The notes: generated by a model from the sequence alone, not told the origin. A stretch of DNA of 64,000 bases from Geosiphon pyriformis uo1 (GCA_016748015.1 JAAOMT010000607.1:496001-560000); one strand, 5' to 3'. Counted from the stretch's first letter, positions 48,401 through 62,490 are shown. A program made the numbers and translations.

Positions 48401-51400
48401 AAGCTGTGGAAAATCTGGAATGCTGCTTGGTGCTTGATCTTTAATTTCTGTGGTTAAATATCCAAGAGTGGTTCCTTCTGGTATTTCTACAACATTTCTG
48501 GTGTTGTTGTAGATGGGAATTTTGATATAGTTATGGCTCTTGGCTGGTATATGTAGATTAATAAGTCCAATTTCTCCTAATTCACAAAGGGTTGCTTCTG
48601 CTTTAAAAATCTGTTTTTGCTCCTTCTCTCTCCTTTCTATTGCTAACATGTATCGGCTATATGGTGGAATAGAAATTGTTTGACCAATTGAGATAATTTC
48701 TTCTTGGCCAATAATTTCTTTGTCCACCATATTGATTGGTACATCTATTCTACCCATTGATCCAAATCTCTGTATCCCTCTTGCTGTTATCCCTAATTCT
48801 TTTCTATTTCTCATTAAAACTAACTGAGCTATTTTTACCAGAGGCAGGAATATTGCCTATGCTATCCTTTCATTTGGCTCTATAACATAGGCCTTTTCTG
48901 AATTATTTTGTAGCATAGCAATGATATTTCCTATATATCCTGTATCAATTATTTCTCCTCTGATGTTTATTCCCTTTTTTGCTAAACTACTCCTAGATGC
49001 TAATTAAACCATTGTTGTTGCTGGAATTTCCAGTGCTATTTTCAGATCGATGTAAGTGTGCAAATGGGTTTCAATTTAATGGCATCTTTTTCTGGATATC
49101 TCAAATCAAATTCTACATCAGTATTATGCACACATTCTGGCATGATATCTTCATCATTATTACTGAACCATTTCAGTTTTTGCTTTTTGGTGAGGTTAGG
49201 GAGTGCAATATATTGTTCATAGTTTGAATTAGAGTTTGAATTTGAGTTGGAATCATTGTCATTGTTATAGCCATTTTGAATGGAGCTGGAACTGTTATTT
49301 TCGTTATCGTCATTGTCGGAGTTTGAATTGGGATTGGAACTTGATTTTGATTCTAATATGCAGCTGTTAATTGGTTCTTCTTCTTCGGGGATCATGTAGA
49401 TCATGCGTGGTGGTGGATTGTAGATGAGATCACAATTATCACAGAATTGGAAGTCACATGGAATCAAACAGTGGTCACATAATTAGGTGTTAATTTCTTC
49501 CAAGCATTGCTCTTGCTCTTCTCTCGTGGGTGCTAGATTCTGATAATGTTCATGGAATTCTTCTGGGCTGTTTTCTAAGTCGATAAAGACATCTGGTTAA
49601 GAACCAAAACAATGTCTGTTGGTTTTAGAAAGTTATTCTTGATCTTCAGAATTTCACTGGGCAAAGCACCTTTTATTTTGGCGTTGGCCATTTGCCAGAT
49701 CTTGTCCTTATTGTGTAAATAGCTGTCTAGATGAGATATAGCTTGGTGTCATGCTAATGTGATGGGTGTACCACAACTCATCCAGTTGCTGATGAGGATC
49801 ATGTATTGGCACAAAGCATTGCACGTTCCTCCTCAACCAGGAATGTTGTTTCACATTCCTTCGTCAAGTAATTATTTGCCACAAGCAAGACATGGTTCAT
49901 TGTCCCACTTGTCTTGTTTTTTTGGGTAGTCATATTGTTTCCTATGGCAGGGCTTGCAATAGTAATGAGTTCATGTCTAGTAGTCTTTATCTGATGCTAC
50001 CCAAGCTCCCATTGAGGACAGTTTCTTCTTACAGTCCTTGCATTTAAAAAGTATATATGGTGGTTTTTTTATTAGTTTACATAAGTATTCCCTTTCCCAG
50101 CCATTAGTTATTTCTTCTGCAATGGTGGTTTCTTTAGATATGTTTTCTTCTCTTTCTTTCCCTTTTTCCTTGTTCTTTTCTTCCCAATCTAGAATTGGTG
50201 GCATCTCACTTTGGTTGTTGTCAGTTCAAGCATCGATGGTGACTTCCCAGATAGGTTTTTTTCTTTGTTTCTCCTTTCCATTGTCATTGTTGTCTCAAGT
50301 GAGTATTGGCGGCAGTTTGTTGTAATCGACGTCGGCCCATGAGACTTGGTATGCTTCCCAAGTGGATTTCGCTTTTTCTTCCTTGAATTTGATAAGTGGT
50401 GTTGATGGCATGGTGATGGGCTTGAAGTGGTCACATGTGGCTAATACCCATGTGTGTTGACCATTCTGGCTAAGCTGGAGCTCTTGGGTGTTCTAATCTA
50501 GTATCATGTTGGTTTTGAACAGCCAATCATTCTCAATGAGTGCTTGGTATTGAGTGGCTTCTATGATGAGTACTTTGATTGGTACTATGATGCTGTTGAC
50601 TTCTATGGAGAAATTATCAATCTTTCCAATGGGTGTTTTGGTCGCTCCATTGGCTGTAATAATCCTGGCACTGGCAGCGTAATTAACTCAATGACTTAAT
50701 TGATCCATGATTTGTCTTGTAATGATGCTGTCAGCTGATCTATTATCTAGGATCAGTTTGATGAAATGACCATCAACTTTTGCATCAGTGTACATTGTGG
50801 TGATGGATTTCTTCTCAAGTGCTGCTCTACTGAACAAAGGTGAGTTGATGGTTTCCTCCAATTCGAAAAGAAAAATGGCTGTGAGAGATTTGTTTTCAGT
50901 GACTGTTGCTGGTGAAATATTGTTGGGGAGTGTTGTTTGAGATGGGTTAAATTCTGAGTTGTTGGTGGTGGCATCTTCTGGAGTAACCAGGAGACTTAAA
51001 TAGTTCTGGGAATTTGGATTTTGGATAAAACTGGTACCCGAATTTCACTGTCAAGAGCCTGATAGTTGGTAAGAAGAGCTGAGGATTGGTTGATAAACAA
51101 CCATTGCCAATTTCCAGTTTTGAGTGATTCTAGGTCTTGGGTTTCCTGATGTTATTTAAGTGGGGTTTTGGAATGGTGTTTGAATTGGTTGTTGGAGCTG
51201 ATAAATTATTTGGGGCCATGGCTAATAAATTTTCAGTGGCTGCAGTTGATAAATTGGAGGTTGATATACTGGTGGTTGATAAATTGGTTGCTGCGTTATT
51301 GGCAAGTAAGTGGTTTGATATTGGTCTTGATTTGGATAGTGATTCTGAGTTTGAAATCTGTGATTGGGGTTTCAATATTGATTTCCCGATTGTGAATTGT

Positions 51401-53201
51401 TGCTATAAAATCAATAGTCGGCTTTAATATGATCTTGTTTACCACAGTTGTGACAAACACATGTTTCTGGCTGCCATGGCTGATTGAGTAATGATGATGA
51501 CAATGATATTGATGGACACAGCTGATTTTAGAAATGATTTGTGTTTCCTAAATTATTGCATCATTGTGGTAGTTGATAGATTGCATGATTGTTAGCTAAG
51601 TATCCCTTTAGTTTCTGATTGATTGTATCACTGAATTGTTTTAGTTTGGAATCCAAGTCAGATGATCTGTTCATTACTAAATTTACAGCTTGGGTGTGAT
51701 TGGCTTCTAGCTCAGCTGCTTCAAAATCTCTGACGTGGGTGATGGCAGTTGGGAAGTCAACTGGATGCATTGGACATACTTGCTGAAGGATGCTACTGCA
51801 CAATCCTCTGATAAACTGGTTCAAGATCTGTGGCACTGTAAAGTAATCAGCTTGGATTGCCTGAATTTGGCGCAGATTTCTATGAAAGCATTCCAAATAA
51901 GTGGTGACTGCTTCTGTGTTCCCTTGTTTAATAGTGGTAAATGTGTTGGTCAAGCAATTAATACTATTGTTATTACTAAAGTATCTCAAGAATTCTGTTT
52001 TAAACTCATTAAAAGTTTGTGATTTGGTGCCTAGGCTCTGATACCATGAGTCAGTGGTATCTTTGAGAAAATAGAGAATTGCTTGAAGGGCTCTATCATC
52101 ATTCCATCCATTGGCCACTATGGCTTTTTCAACATCATTGAGCCATATTTGGGCATTATTCTTTTCGCTGGTAAAATTGTCAAGTTTTGTGATTGGTGCA
52201 TAGGCCATTAGATCTAAATTGGGTTGTTGTAATAGTAATTGAAGTGGTTGTTGTTGTATAGGTTGTTGGGGTGGTAGTTAAAGTGGCAATTATATAGGTT
52301 TGGCTATTAGATTAATCAGTGGTTGATTAATGATAATTACTGGAGGTAAGTTTAGTTGATTTATTAAATTGGGGTTTCAGTTATCCTGAGTTGGCAGTGT
52401 TTGAATATTCAGAGTTTTGATTTCCAGATTTTTTGGGTTTAGATTTTGCTGGGTTTAAAAATTCAGGATTTCAAATTCCGGGTTTTTAGCAATCAGGTTT
52501 TGGTAAGTGAATTCTTGATCTTCAGCTTCTTTTTCTTCCTCTTTTTCTGATTCTGTTACTTTCCATGGATCAGAAATTCCGAAATCTGAGGGAGACGATG
52601 GCAATCGGAGTCCTGATGGTGTTGATGATCATGAGTTAAATCCTTTAAAATACACGCCATATGGTTCTAATAACTCTGCTTTCCTTTGTTTATTTTGAAA
52701 TAGAAATCGTCTAAATGTTGATGTCATGTTTGATGTGGTCATGCCAGTAGATGTAATATTAATGGTGCTTTCGGGTGTATAGTGGTATGATGGATTAGTT
52801 GAAGACTCAACTCTTGTTTTCTTCTAAGTAAGTGGTTGTATTCTTTTGAGTGTTACTGCTGGTGTTTGCAGTTTTCCTTTGCCATTGCTTGCATAAGTAA
52901 TGGGATATCTTTGCTGTGTGTAGTGTTCAATTTCTTTGTTGATTTCCATGATGATAGAGGCGAAATTGTGATATGTTGGCAGATTGGTATTTTGAATTAA
53001 TTCACTGTAAAAGGCTTCTCTTGCCGATTCGATATTTATTGGTGTTCTTAACAGATAGGCAATTCTTTTATTGACATAAAAATTGAAAGCTGATTCCACA
53101 GATATGTAGTTGTGATTTAATTCCAAATGTTGACAGTAGTGTTGAAATAAGGATTTCACAAATCTTAAATGATTTGCTTCTATGTTTTCTGATTCTGCCA
53201 C
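45475..53201 (-). pseudogene. gag-pol: G gag-pol
   Basis: Gag ORF 51561-52208 is in frame with the protease. Integrase ORF 45736-46647 has H..H..CDAC, SDQG and ERFN. dUTPase ~48745-49143. Confidence 0.95.
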
Positions 53202-53241
53202 TTTTAGATTTGTGTTAGTGCTGGTTCTCTGTAGGATTATA

Positions 53242-53258
53242 TTTTACAGGGAGCACCA
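53242..53258 (-). promoter_or_regulatory. G primer binding site
   Basis: TGGTGCTCCCTGT on the minus strand. Confidence 0.9.
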
Positions 53259-53260
53259 AA

Positions 53261-54114
53261 TGTTACAGGTAACTATTTCTGGTGTTAGATTAAATAACAA
53301 ACCCATAACTTGGTGCTCAAATCTAGTTATAGTTAATAGTGATCTGAAAGTTTGTGTCTGAAAGGTTTGTATCTAAAGGGTTTGGTTGAGTTCTTTGTAT
53401 AATGAACAGAGATTCAATGATAATAGTTTTATCTGTAGCTTCCCGAAACCACAGTTTTGTCAATTTCTTTCTCTGCTTGATGGCTGGTATTCCTCCTGGT
53501 AAGCTATTCTCAATTGAGTATTTTACTCTTATTTCTGGGTTTTTTACCAGTTACGTTTATCCTGATGTCAGTACTCCGCATGTTAATCTTCAATAGAGTT
53601 AGTAAACAACAATAAAATCAAAGCAAAAAATAAAAAAAATAAAAAAAAGAAGCCAAGGCAATTTACAAGTTAGTTTTCTGTCAATAGCCATGATTAAGAG
53701 CTATTGTTCCAGTGTAGTTAAGTATCAATTACTATCAACATGAAGTGTTAATAGTGGCAGCAGGTTTAAGATAACAAACAGTTATTTATTTGTGGTTTTG
53801 GAAAGTTGTTTAAATAAAATCTAAACTAAGAGGTCTGTTTTTTTAGCTTCTAATCCTACTACTATATATACATAATTGAAATTCCTCAATTCCTCAATTC
53901 TTTACAACAGGAATTCTGGGATTCCTGGAATCCTGCAATTCTTTTGAGAGAAATCCTGGAATTCTGGAATCCTGCAATTTTTTGTGAGAATTCTGTAATT
54001 CCTGGAATTCTGCAATTCCTGAGAGGAATTCTGAAATTCCACATTTTACTACATCTACTTCTGATTGGTTAATAACTATGCTAATATATATTCCCTATAT
54101 TTCTATGAGTAACA
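53261..54114 (-). repeat. G 5' LTR
   Basis: Pair of 43908-44777. Confidence 0.95.
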
Positions 54115-55382
54115 TCACTTACCAAAATATATTATACTAGAAGAACAGAAAAATATTTAGATTAGCCACTCAAAGTTATCACAAAACCAGAGAAAGAAAC
54201 AATACTATTCAATATGCACTTAGATCCAATAGCAGAATATTTTTCTAAAAAAGCAACCATAAAAAAAATCAGAAAAAGATACTATTGGCCATCTATGTAT
54301 TCAGACATCATCTAATATGTTCAAAATTGTGATTCTTATCAAAAAAAAGGAGAAACAAGGCCAAGTAAACTATTAAGACCAATTAAAATAAAACAACTAT
54401 TTAATTGAATTAGAATTGATTTAGTTGAATTATTAATAATAACCAGCAAAGACAATTGGTACATAAAAATAGCTATGAACTATCTTACTAAATGGCCAAA
54501 AACAAAAGCAATCCAAAAAACAGATACAAAATCTATAGCCAAATTTGTTTATCAAAATTTAATTTATTAACATGGATGTCCAAAAAAACTATTATCAGAT
54601 CAAGAAATTTATTTTGTGAACAGAACATTAACAAAATTAAGTCAAAGATTTGAAATCAAGAAACTATTATTATTACCATATTATCTACAAACAAATAACT
54701 TAGTAAAAAGATTCAACAGAACATTGTATAAAGCAATAGTAAAAATCAGCCAAAAAAACCAGAACAAATGAGATTTGTTTATATTATTCATCTTATTTGC
54801 TTATTGGACAATAAAGCAAGATACTACATAAACAATACTATTTGAATTTGTTTATGGTAAAACAGCAACATTATTAGTTAAGATAAACATTAACACATAT
54901 CTAATAGAATCAATAACAGAAGCCAACTTTTAAAAAATATTGCTAAGAAAAATATATAAATTAATGGAAACATTAAAAAACAAAAGACAAAAAGCAGCTA
55001 ATAATATTTAAAAGTCACAAAAAAAAAAGAAAGACATGATAACCAATTATCAGATAAACCAGTTGAATTTAGAATTAGAGACAAAGTACTTTTACATCAT
55101 ACCAAAGTAAAAAAATAATGAAGTAAAAAATTTGATCCCAAATAGGATAGACTATTTCACATTGAGGAAATTCTAGGAAATAAAACTTATAAACTAAGAT
55201 GAGATAACAAAATCTTAGCTATAGCAGCACATAAAGATTAACTAAAACCATATCACAATATATTGTTATTGTTCACCAATAATATTCCACAACTGAAAGT
55301 ACAAAGAATACTAGTCAAATCAGATGAGATTTCATAAAATTTAAAACTAATCATTATTATTAAAGCAAACATGTCAAATTAA
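54115..55382 (+). pseudogene. pol: A pol fragment: integrase to pol end
   Basis: RYYWPSMYSDI, MNYLTKWP, LSDQ, KRFNRTL remnants. Confidence 0.9.
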
Positions 55383-55437
55383 TCTATCAGAACCATATAT
55401 AAGAAACCAACACATATAACAAAAACAACAAAAAAAA

Positions 55438-56092
55438 ATGGAAATCACTGATAACATCTACTTACTTGCACAACAATTATTACAATTAATTTAACAACAG
55501 AAATCAAGCTTGAAAATCATTATTAATAAATACATAATACAGTACAAAGACAAAAGAATATTACAAAAAAACCAAACCAAAAAACAATATTTCAAATACC
55601 ACACTTCTAAGAATACAGTAGATAAAATAATAGTAAAGATAAAAAAGACATTAAAAAATTTCAAAATATTAATACCAAAAGATAAATTGATCTTAAAAAA
55701 CTGGAACCAATAGATACAACAAAATCCAAAGAACTTTTGTTATTATCAGTTGAGACAATAGTTAAATATTAAAAACTTATATACTAACAAAACAAAAAAA
55801 AATTTAATCCAATTTGACTACAATAAATTGAACAACTTGTTGAAAAGAACAATTTATTCACATATGCAAAAGCCATTTACCAACTATAGATAGAATTTTG
55901 AAACAGACCAGAAATATTATTATACTTAACAATAGATACTGTAATTATTAATTAATTGAAAAAATTAACCAATGCTCAATTTGAAAAATTGCAGATAAAA
56001 ATTACAAAAGCAATTCTAGAAAAAAAAGTTATAAAGTTAATTTAAAAAAAAATCTAGAAAGTTTAAAAATTTTCAACAGAGCTTAATATTAA
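55438..56092 (+). pseudogene. A ORF3
   Basis: MEITDNIYLLAQQLLQLI...LTNAQFEKL. Stop at the PPT. Confidence 0.75.
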
Positions 56093-56106
56093 AAAAGAGG
56101 AAATAA

Positions 56107-56950
56107 TATTATTCATAAAAATTAAGAATATTATAGTTAGAGAAATAGCCAATTAAAAATAGGCATAGTAACAGAAGAATTTCAAGATTTTTCTGAAAAA
56201 ATTCCAGAATTCCAGAATTTTTTTGAAGAAATTACAAGATTTTAGGAATCTTGTATAATACCAACTATATATATATAGCAGTAATATTAAAAGTAAGAAA
56301 AGTATTTAGAATTTGGTTTAGTTCTAAGTTAGTATCTTTTTTCTTATTTATTAATTAACTCTTATTTTACAAATAGTTACTATTACCTAAAATAAATTTA
56401 TTAACAAATAAACATATCTATTATTATCTAATTTATAATATTATCATTTGATTGAAATTCTAAATCACTTTTTCAGTTATCAATACTTTATGTTGATAAT
56501 ATTTAATACTTAATTATACTGGAACAATAGCTCTTAATCATGGCTATTGGAGAAATACTAATTTTTTATTTCTTTTTATTTCTTTTATTTTTTTGTTGTT
56601 TGTTAATTTACTAACTGATCAAAAAGATTAAGTACTGAGTAATTAACATTAAGAATAGTCTGGTAAAAAACCAAGAAATAAGGATATAGAATTTATAAAT
56701 TAACAGATAACTTACCAAAAAAGCATGACTGTCAGAATAAACCAGCCATTATGCTGAAGAAAAAAATTTGACAGAATAATCATTTCAAAAGACTACTAAT
56801 ACAACTATTAAATTTCTGTCTATTATATAAAAGACTTCACCAAAACTTTCAGATATAAAAATCTTCAGATTTACTAATATTACCAAGTTATTAAACACTA
56901 AGTTACAGATTTATTATTTGTTTTCATACCCTAAATAATAATCTGTAATA
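56107..56950 (+). repeat. A 3' LTR (heavily decayed)
   Basis: Follows PPT AAAAAAGAGGAAATAA. Conserved core CTGGAACAATAGCTCTT at ~56519. Ends TGTAATA. Confidence 0.85.
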
Positions 56951-57159
56951 TTATAAAAAATACTAAATTTGCTATATATAAAGAAGATCTAATTAAAGAA
57001 AATTTTAGATAAAATTTTTTTTGTTATCTTAATTAACACAATAGGTGTTTATTAAAATACCATTCTATTTATAAAGCTTAAGAATTATTAAAACTTATAT
57101 TCTCTTTCAAAAGACTAAAACATTACTTAAAACCAAACAAAAATTTAACAAACTCAAAA

Positions 57160-60100
57160 AAAAAGCATTTTTAGAATTCATTAAATATTATTACTATTTT
57201 ATCCAAAATTTTTTCAAATTGACTCAACTACTACACCAGTTTTAAGCCAAAAACATCAAATATAAATAGACGAAAAAACAGCAAAAAGCATTTAATATAT
57301 TATAAAAAAAGCTTATTTAAGCTTTAGTATTAATTTATTTAAACTATAACAAATTATTTATTATAATTACAGATATATTAGACCAAATATTAAGAGCTGT
57401 GCTATTACAGAAAAAATTAAATAAACAAAAACATCTAATAACATATGTTAACTGAAGTTTAAGTTCAACTAAAAAGAACTATAGAACTCTAGCATTAAAA
57501 CATTTGGCTATTTATTAAATTATTATTAAATAAAAAAAATATTTAAATCAAAAATTTAATGTATATACTAATTACAAAAAATTAACATTAATCTAAAAAC
57601 AAAAATTTGGAGATGATTAATATATAAGATAGAAAATAGAACTATTATTATTTCAATATACAATATACTATAAAAAAATAAAAATCGAAATACTAATAGT
57701 TTGTTATACATAAAACATATTTAGAATATTTTCAACCAGAAAAATAAATTAAAAAATGAATACACAAAAATATCAACAATTTTAATATTATATTATTATT
57801 TAACAGTTCAAAAAAAATTATCTTAAAAAAAACAAAACAACATAAAACAACAATTAAAATACTATATTATTTATTAAAATATACTATATTAAAAAAACAG
57901 AAAAAAATTAAACCAGCTATTTAAAATTATCATAGAATTAGAAAAAAAAACAATACTGTTTAATATGTATTTAGATTCAACAATAAAATACTTTTATAAA
58001 AAAGTCATAATAGAAAGAGTTTGAAAAAAATATTATTAGTCATTAATATATTTAGATATTATTTAATATATGCAAAATTGTAATATTTGTTAAAAAAAAA
58101 AAGAAACCAGATTCAATAAACCACTAAAACCAATTAATATAGAACAATCATTTGATCAAATTGAAATTGACTTAGTTAAACCATTAATAATTATCAGTAA
58201 AAACAACTAATATAATAATTGTTATAGATTATTTTACAAAATGACTGAAAGCTAAAGTTATTCAAAAAGCAGATGCAAAATTTATAGCCAAATTTATATA
58301 CCAAAGTCTAATTTGTTGATATAAATGTTCAAAAAAATTGTTATTAAACCAAGAAACTTACTTTGTTAACAAAACACTAACAGAATTAAGTCAAAAATAT
58401 GGAATCAAAAAACTATTATTATTTCTATACTACTTACAAACAAATAGTTTAGTTAAAAAATTCAATAAAATATTGTGTAAAGCAATAGCCAAAAATCAGC
58501 CAAAATAATCAAAACAAATAAGATTTTTTTATATTATTAGTGTTATTTGCTTATAAGACAATAAAACAAGACATAACATAAACAATACTATTTAAGTTAA
58601 TATATAATAGAACAACAATATTATCAATAAAAATAGATATTTACACATATTTAACAAAACCAATAATAGAAGTTAATATTTAAAAAACACTGCTGCAAAA
58701 AACCTATTACTTAATAGAATCACTGAAAAATAAAAGAAAAAGAGCAGTTAATAATATTTAAAAATCACAAAAAAAAATGATATAACAATCAGTTATCAAA
58801 CAAACCAGTTAAATTTAAGATTAAAAACAAAGTATTTTTATATTATACCAAAACAAAAAAACAATAGAGTAAAAAATTTGATCTTAAATAGGATGGTTTA
58901 TTTTACATAAAAAAAATTCTGGAAAATAGAGTCTATAAATTAAGATAGAATAACAAAATTTTAATCAAAGCAGTACATAATAATTAACTAAAATTATATT
59001 ACAATATAGCATTATTATCTACCAATAATATTTTACAACTAGAAGTATAACAAATATTAATTAAACCAAATAAAATTTTACAAGATTTGAAACCAATTAT
59101 AATTATTAAAAAAAACACATCAAATTGATTTATCAAAACAGTATATAAAAAATCAGCACATGTAACAAAAGCTATAATAAAAATAAAACTCATTAATGAC
59201 ATTCACTTATTAGTATAGTAACTATTACAATTTATCTAACATCAAAAATCAGGTCTGGAAGTAACAATTAACAAACAAACAATATAATATAAAAACAAAA
59301 AAATAACACAAAGAATTCAAAACAAAAAATAAGAGAATAAATATTATACTTCTGAAAATACAGTAAACAAAATAATAAAAAAAGTAGAAAAAATGCTAAA
59401 AACCACAAAAATATTAATATCAGATAAAAAATTAATCTTAGAAAATTAAAATCAATAAACACAACAATTTTCCGAAAACTTTTGTTATTATTAGTTAAAA
59501 CAAAAACTGAATATTTAAAACTTCTACATAAATAAAAACAAAAGAATGTTTAATTCAATTATATTGTAACAAATAGAATAATTTGTAAGAACAAACAATT
59601 TATCTACATATGCAAAAGCTATTTATTGATTACAAATAAAATTTCAAGACCATTTGAAGATATTATTACATCCAAAAATGCAGTAATCATTAATTAATTG
59701 GAAAAAATAACTAATACTCAATTTAAAAAATTGCAGACAAAAATTACAAGGGCAATTCTAAAAAAAAAAGTAATAAAACTAATTTAAAAAGAAAATTTAG
59801 GAGATTTAGAAGATTTAAAAGATTTTAATAGAGCTTAATATTAAAAAAAAAGAATAATATTACTCATAAAAAATAGGGGTCATAATAAATAAAAACAATT
59901 AATTAAAAATAAACATAATAAAAAAAAATTTTGAATTTTTCTTAAAGAATTAAAAGATTTTAAGAAATCTTGTATAACAAAAATTATGTATATATAACAA
60001 TAGTAAAAAACAGATAAAAATAAACAAACAAACAATTAAATACCTTTTCTTTTAAAAATTAGTTTTCTATATCTTAAAATAAAATTATCTAAATGTTAAA

Positions 60101-60631
60101 TAAAATTATTATTTTATTATCTAATTTATGTTATTTATATTATTAAATTAATATTGCTATTTCCTAACTTAATCAGCAATTTATGCTGATAACATTTACT
60201 ACTTAACTATATTAAAACAATAGCTCTTAATTGCAGCTATTTATAGAATACTAATTTTTTATTTTTTTTTTATTTTTTTTATTTTTTTTTATTTTTTTTT
60301 ATTTTGTTTCTTTTGTTGTTTACTAATTGATTAAAGGATTAAGTACTAAAATATTAACATTAAAAATAGTCTGATAAAAAATCCATAAAACAAGAGTAAA
60401 AACTTAAGAATAGCTTATTAAAAAAGCATAACTACCAAATTAAACTGGTTATTATATTAAAGAAAAAAATTCATAAAAGAAACCATTACTTGAATTTTTG
60501 TTTATTATACAAAAAACTTTACTAAAATCTTTAGATTCGAAAATTTTTAAAAATCAATAATAATATTAGCTATTGAACACCAAGTTACAAATTTGTTATT
60601 TATTCTAATACTTAAATAATCACCTATAACA
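57160..60631 (+). mobile_element. Element H: 5'-truncated, most decayed copy (RT end, RNase H, IN to 59128, ORF3 to 59844, 3' LTR 59858-60631)
   Basis: Colinear with the family but with most G/C lost. LTR TATTAC...TATAACA. Confidence 0.85.
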
Positions 60632-61552
60632 GTAATATTAAATATGCTTTTAAATTTTTGTTTAGTGTATGAATTTGTTTTTCAATCTTAAAAAAAAATT
60701 TGAGTTTCAATAATTCTTAAACCATATAAATAAAAAGATGGTTTGACAAATATTCAATTTATTATTTTAATTAAAACAGCTTAAAAAATTTTTTCTGGTA
60801 TATAGCAAATTTAATGTTTTTTGTAAAGATAATTTTTTAGTTCTTAAAAGTATAATAACACATTTTTTTATTTTTATAATTGGTTCAATTGTCAAAAATG
60901 TTTTAGAAAAGAATCATAAACTTTGGCTGATTTTGTAAAACATACACAAAATATATAACTCTGTAAATTAAAACTATTTGAAATATAGCTTAAATAAAAT
61001 TAAGATATATAACAGATTTGTTAAATTTTTTGGTAATATTCACAATAATTATATTAATTAAGTTATTATTAATTTTGGCTTAATAGATAAGTATTGTGTT
61101 TATAATAGACTGGATCAAGATAAAGTTTTCTTATTTTTTTTTAATATATTTTCTATGATTTTTTTTTATGCAAAATTAAGAAGCAAAAAAATATATGTAA
61201 TTACAAAATTAATTCTAAGTTTATTGTTAAAACTAGTCAAGTTAAAATTTAAGTTAACTTAGCATTATTTTTAACTGCTAATGTCTTTATTAATAATACA
61301 ATTTGGGTTAAATATAATCAGATAGTAACTTAACATATTTTGGATATTATAAGTAAATTTTTTCGAATTAACAATATTTTAATTAATAATAACAAGACAA
61401 AAATTATTTTAATCAACTACAGAAGTATAAATTCTTTTTTATTAATTAATAGTTTGCTAATTTTTATTGTAAAAAAAGAGATATCTTATTAATACTTAGA
61501 TATTTTTTTATTAACAGAGAGCTTATTAAAATCTAGCTTAGCAAAAGCCCAT

Positions 61553-62490
61553 TGTTATGAGTAATTATTTGGAGTCTCTAATCAAATAACAAACCTGTAA
61601 CTTGGTGCTAAAAGTTATTTGTGTTGATGTTAATAATTTAAAGATTTTGTATCTAAAAGTTTCAGTTTGAGTTCTTTGTATAATAGACAGAAATTCAATA
61701 GTTGTTTTATCTGTAGCTTCTCAGAATTGCAATTTTGTCAATTTTTCTCTCAGCATAATGGCCAGCAATCCTCTGGTAAGTATTCCGTATCTTCTGTATG
61801 TGTCCTACTCTCTCTCAGAATTGCAATTTTGTCAATTTTTCTCTCGGCATAATGGCCAGCAATCCTCTGGTAAGTATTCCATATCTTCTGTATATGTCCT
61901 ACTCTCTCGCAGGAGTCTTTTACTAGGCAATTTTGACATCAGTAATCTAGCGCTTTATTCAACCAATTAGTGCACAACAATAAAATAAAAATAAAAATAA
62001 AAAAAAGAAATAAAAGAAAATAATGAATAAGCCAAGATGGTTTTACAAGTTAGTATCCCATCAATAGCCGTGATCAAGAGCTATTGTTCCAGTGTGTTTA
62101 AGTATCAATTACTATCAATATAAAGTGTTGATAGTAAAATTAGGTTTGAGGTACCAAATAGTTATTTATTGTGTTTTAAAGGTTGTCTAGATGAAATTTA
62201 AACTGAGAGGTCTGTTTTTTCAGCTTTTTATACTACTGCTATATATACATAATTGAGATTCCTCAATTCCTTAATTCTTTACAACAGGAATCCTGGAATT
62301 CCTGGAATCCTGCAATTCTTTTAAGAGGAATTCTGGAATTCTGGAATCCTGTAATTCCTCATGAGAATCCTATAATTCCTGGAATCCTGCAATTCCTGAG
62401 AGGAATCCTGGAATTCCACATTTACTATGTTTACTTCTGATTGGCTAATAACTATGCTAATATATATTTTCTATAATTCTATGAGTAACA
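61553..62490 (-). mobile_element. Solo LTR I
   Basis: TGTTA...GTAACA. Perfect TSD CCAT (61549-61552, 62491-62494). GGAATTCC-type U3. Confidence 0.95.
61719..61907. repeat. 94-bp tandem duplication inside solo LTR I
   Basis: CTCAGAATTGC...CCTACTCTCT begins at 61720 and again at 61814. Confidence 0.9.

Larger units (their letters stand above)
43908..54114 (-). mobile_element. Element G: full-length, uninterrupted
   Basis: LTRs 43908-44777 and 53261-54114. Perfect TSD TCAC (43904-43907, 54115-54118). Confidence 0.95.
1..56950 (+). mobile_element. Element A: outer Ty3/Gypsy LTR retrotransposon (5' part outside window), split by four insertions
   Basis: pol pieces 1-23/702-905, 32250-33138, 43296-43907 and 54115-55382 rejoin colinearly across the TSDs (e.g. 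...QLKML|FNNF..IFASENKFGR). They are followed by ORF3, PPT and a 3' LTR. Confidence 0.9.

Noticed and set aside
53402-53596. Conserved antisense ORF in U5 beginning ATGGACAGAGATTCAATG
   Set aside because: The start block is conserved but the frame is broken differently in D, E, G and I. It is better explained as a nucleotide-level element.
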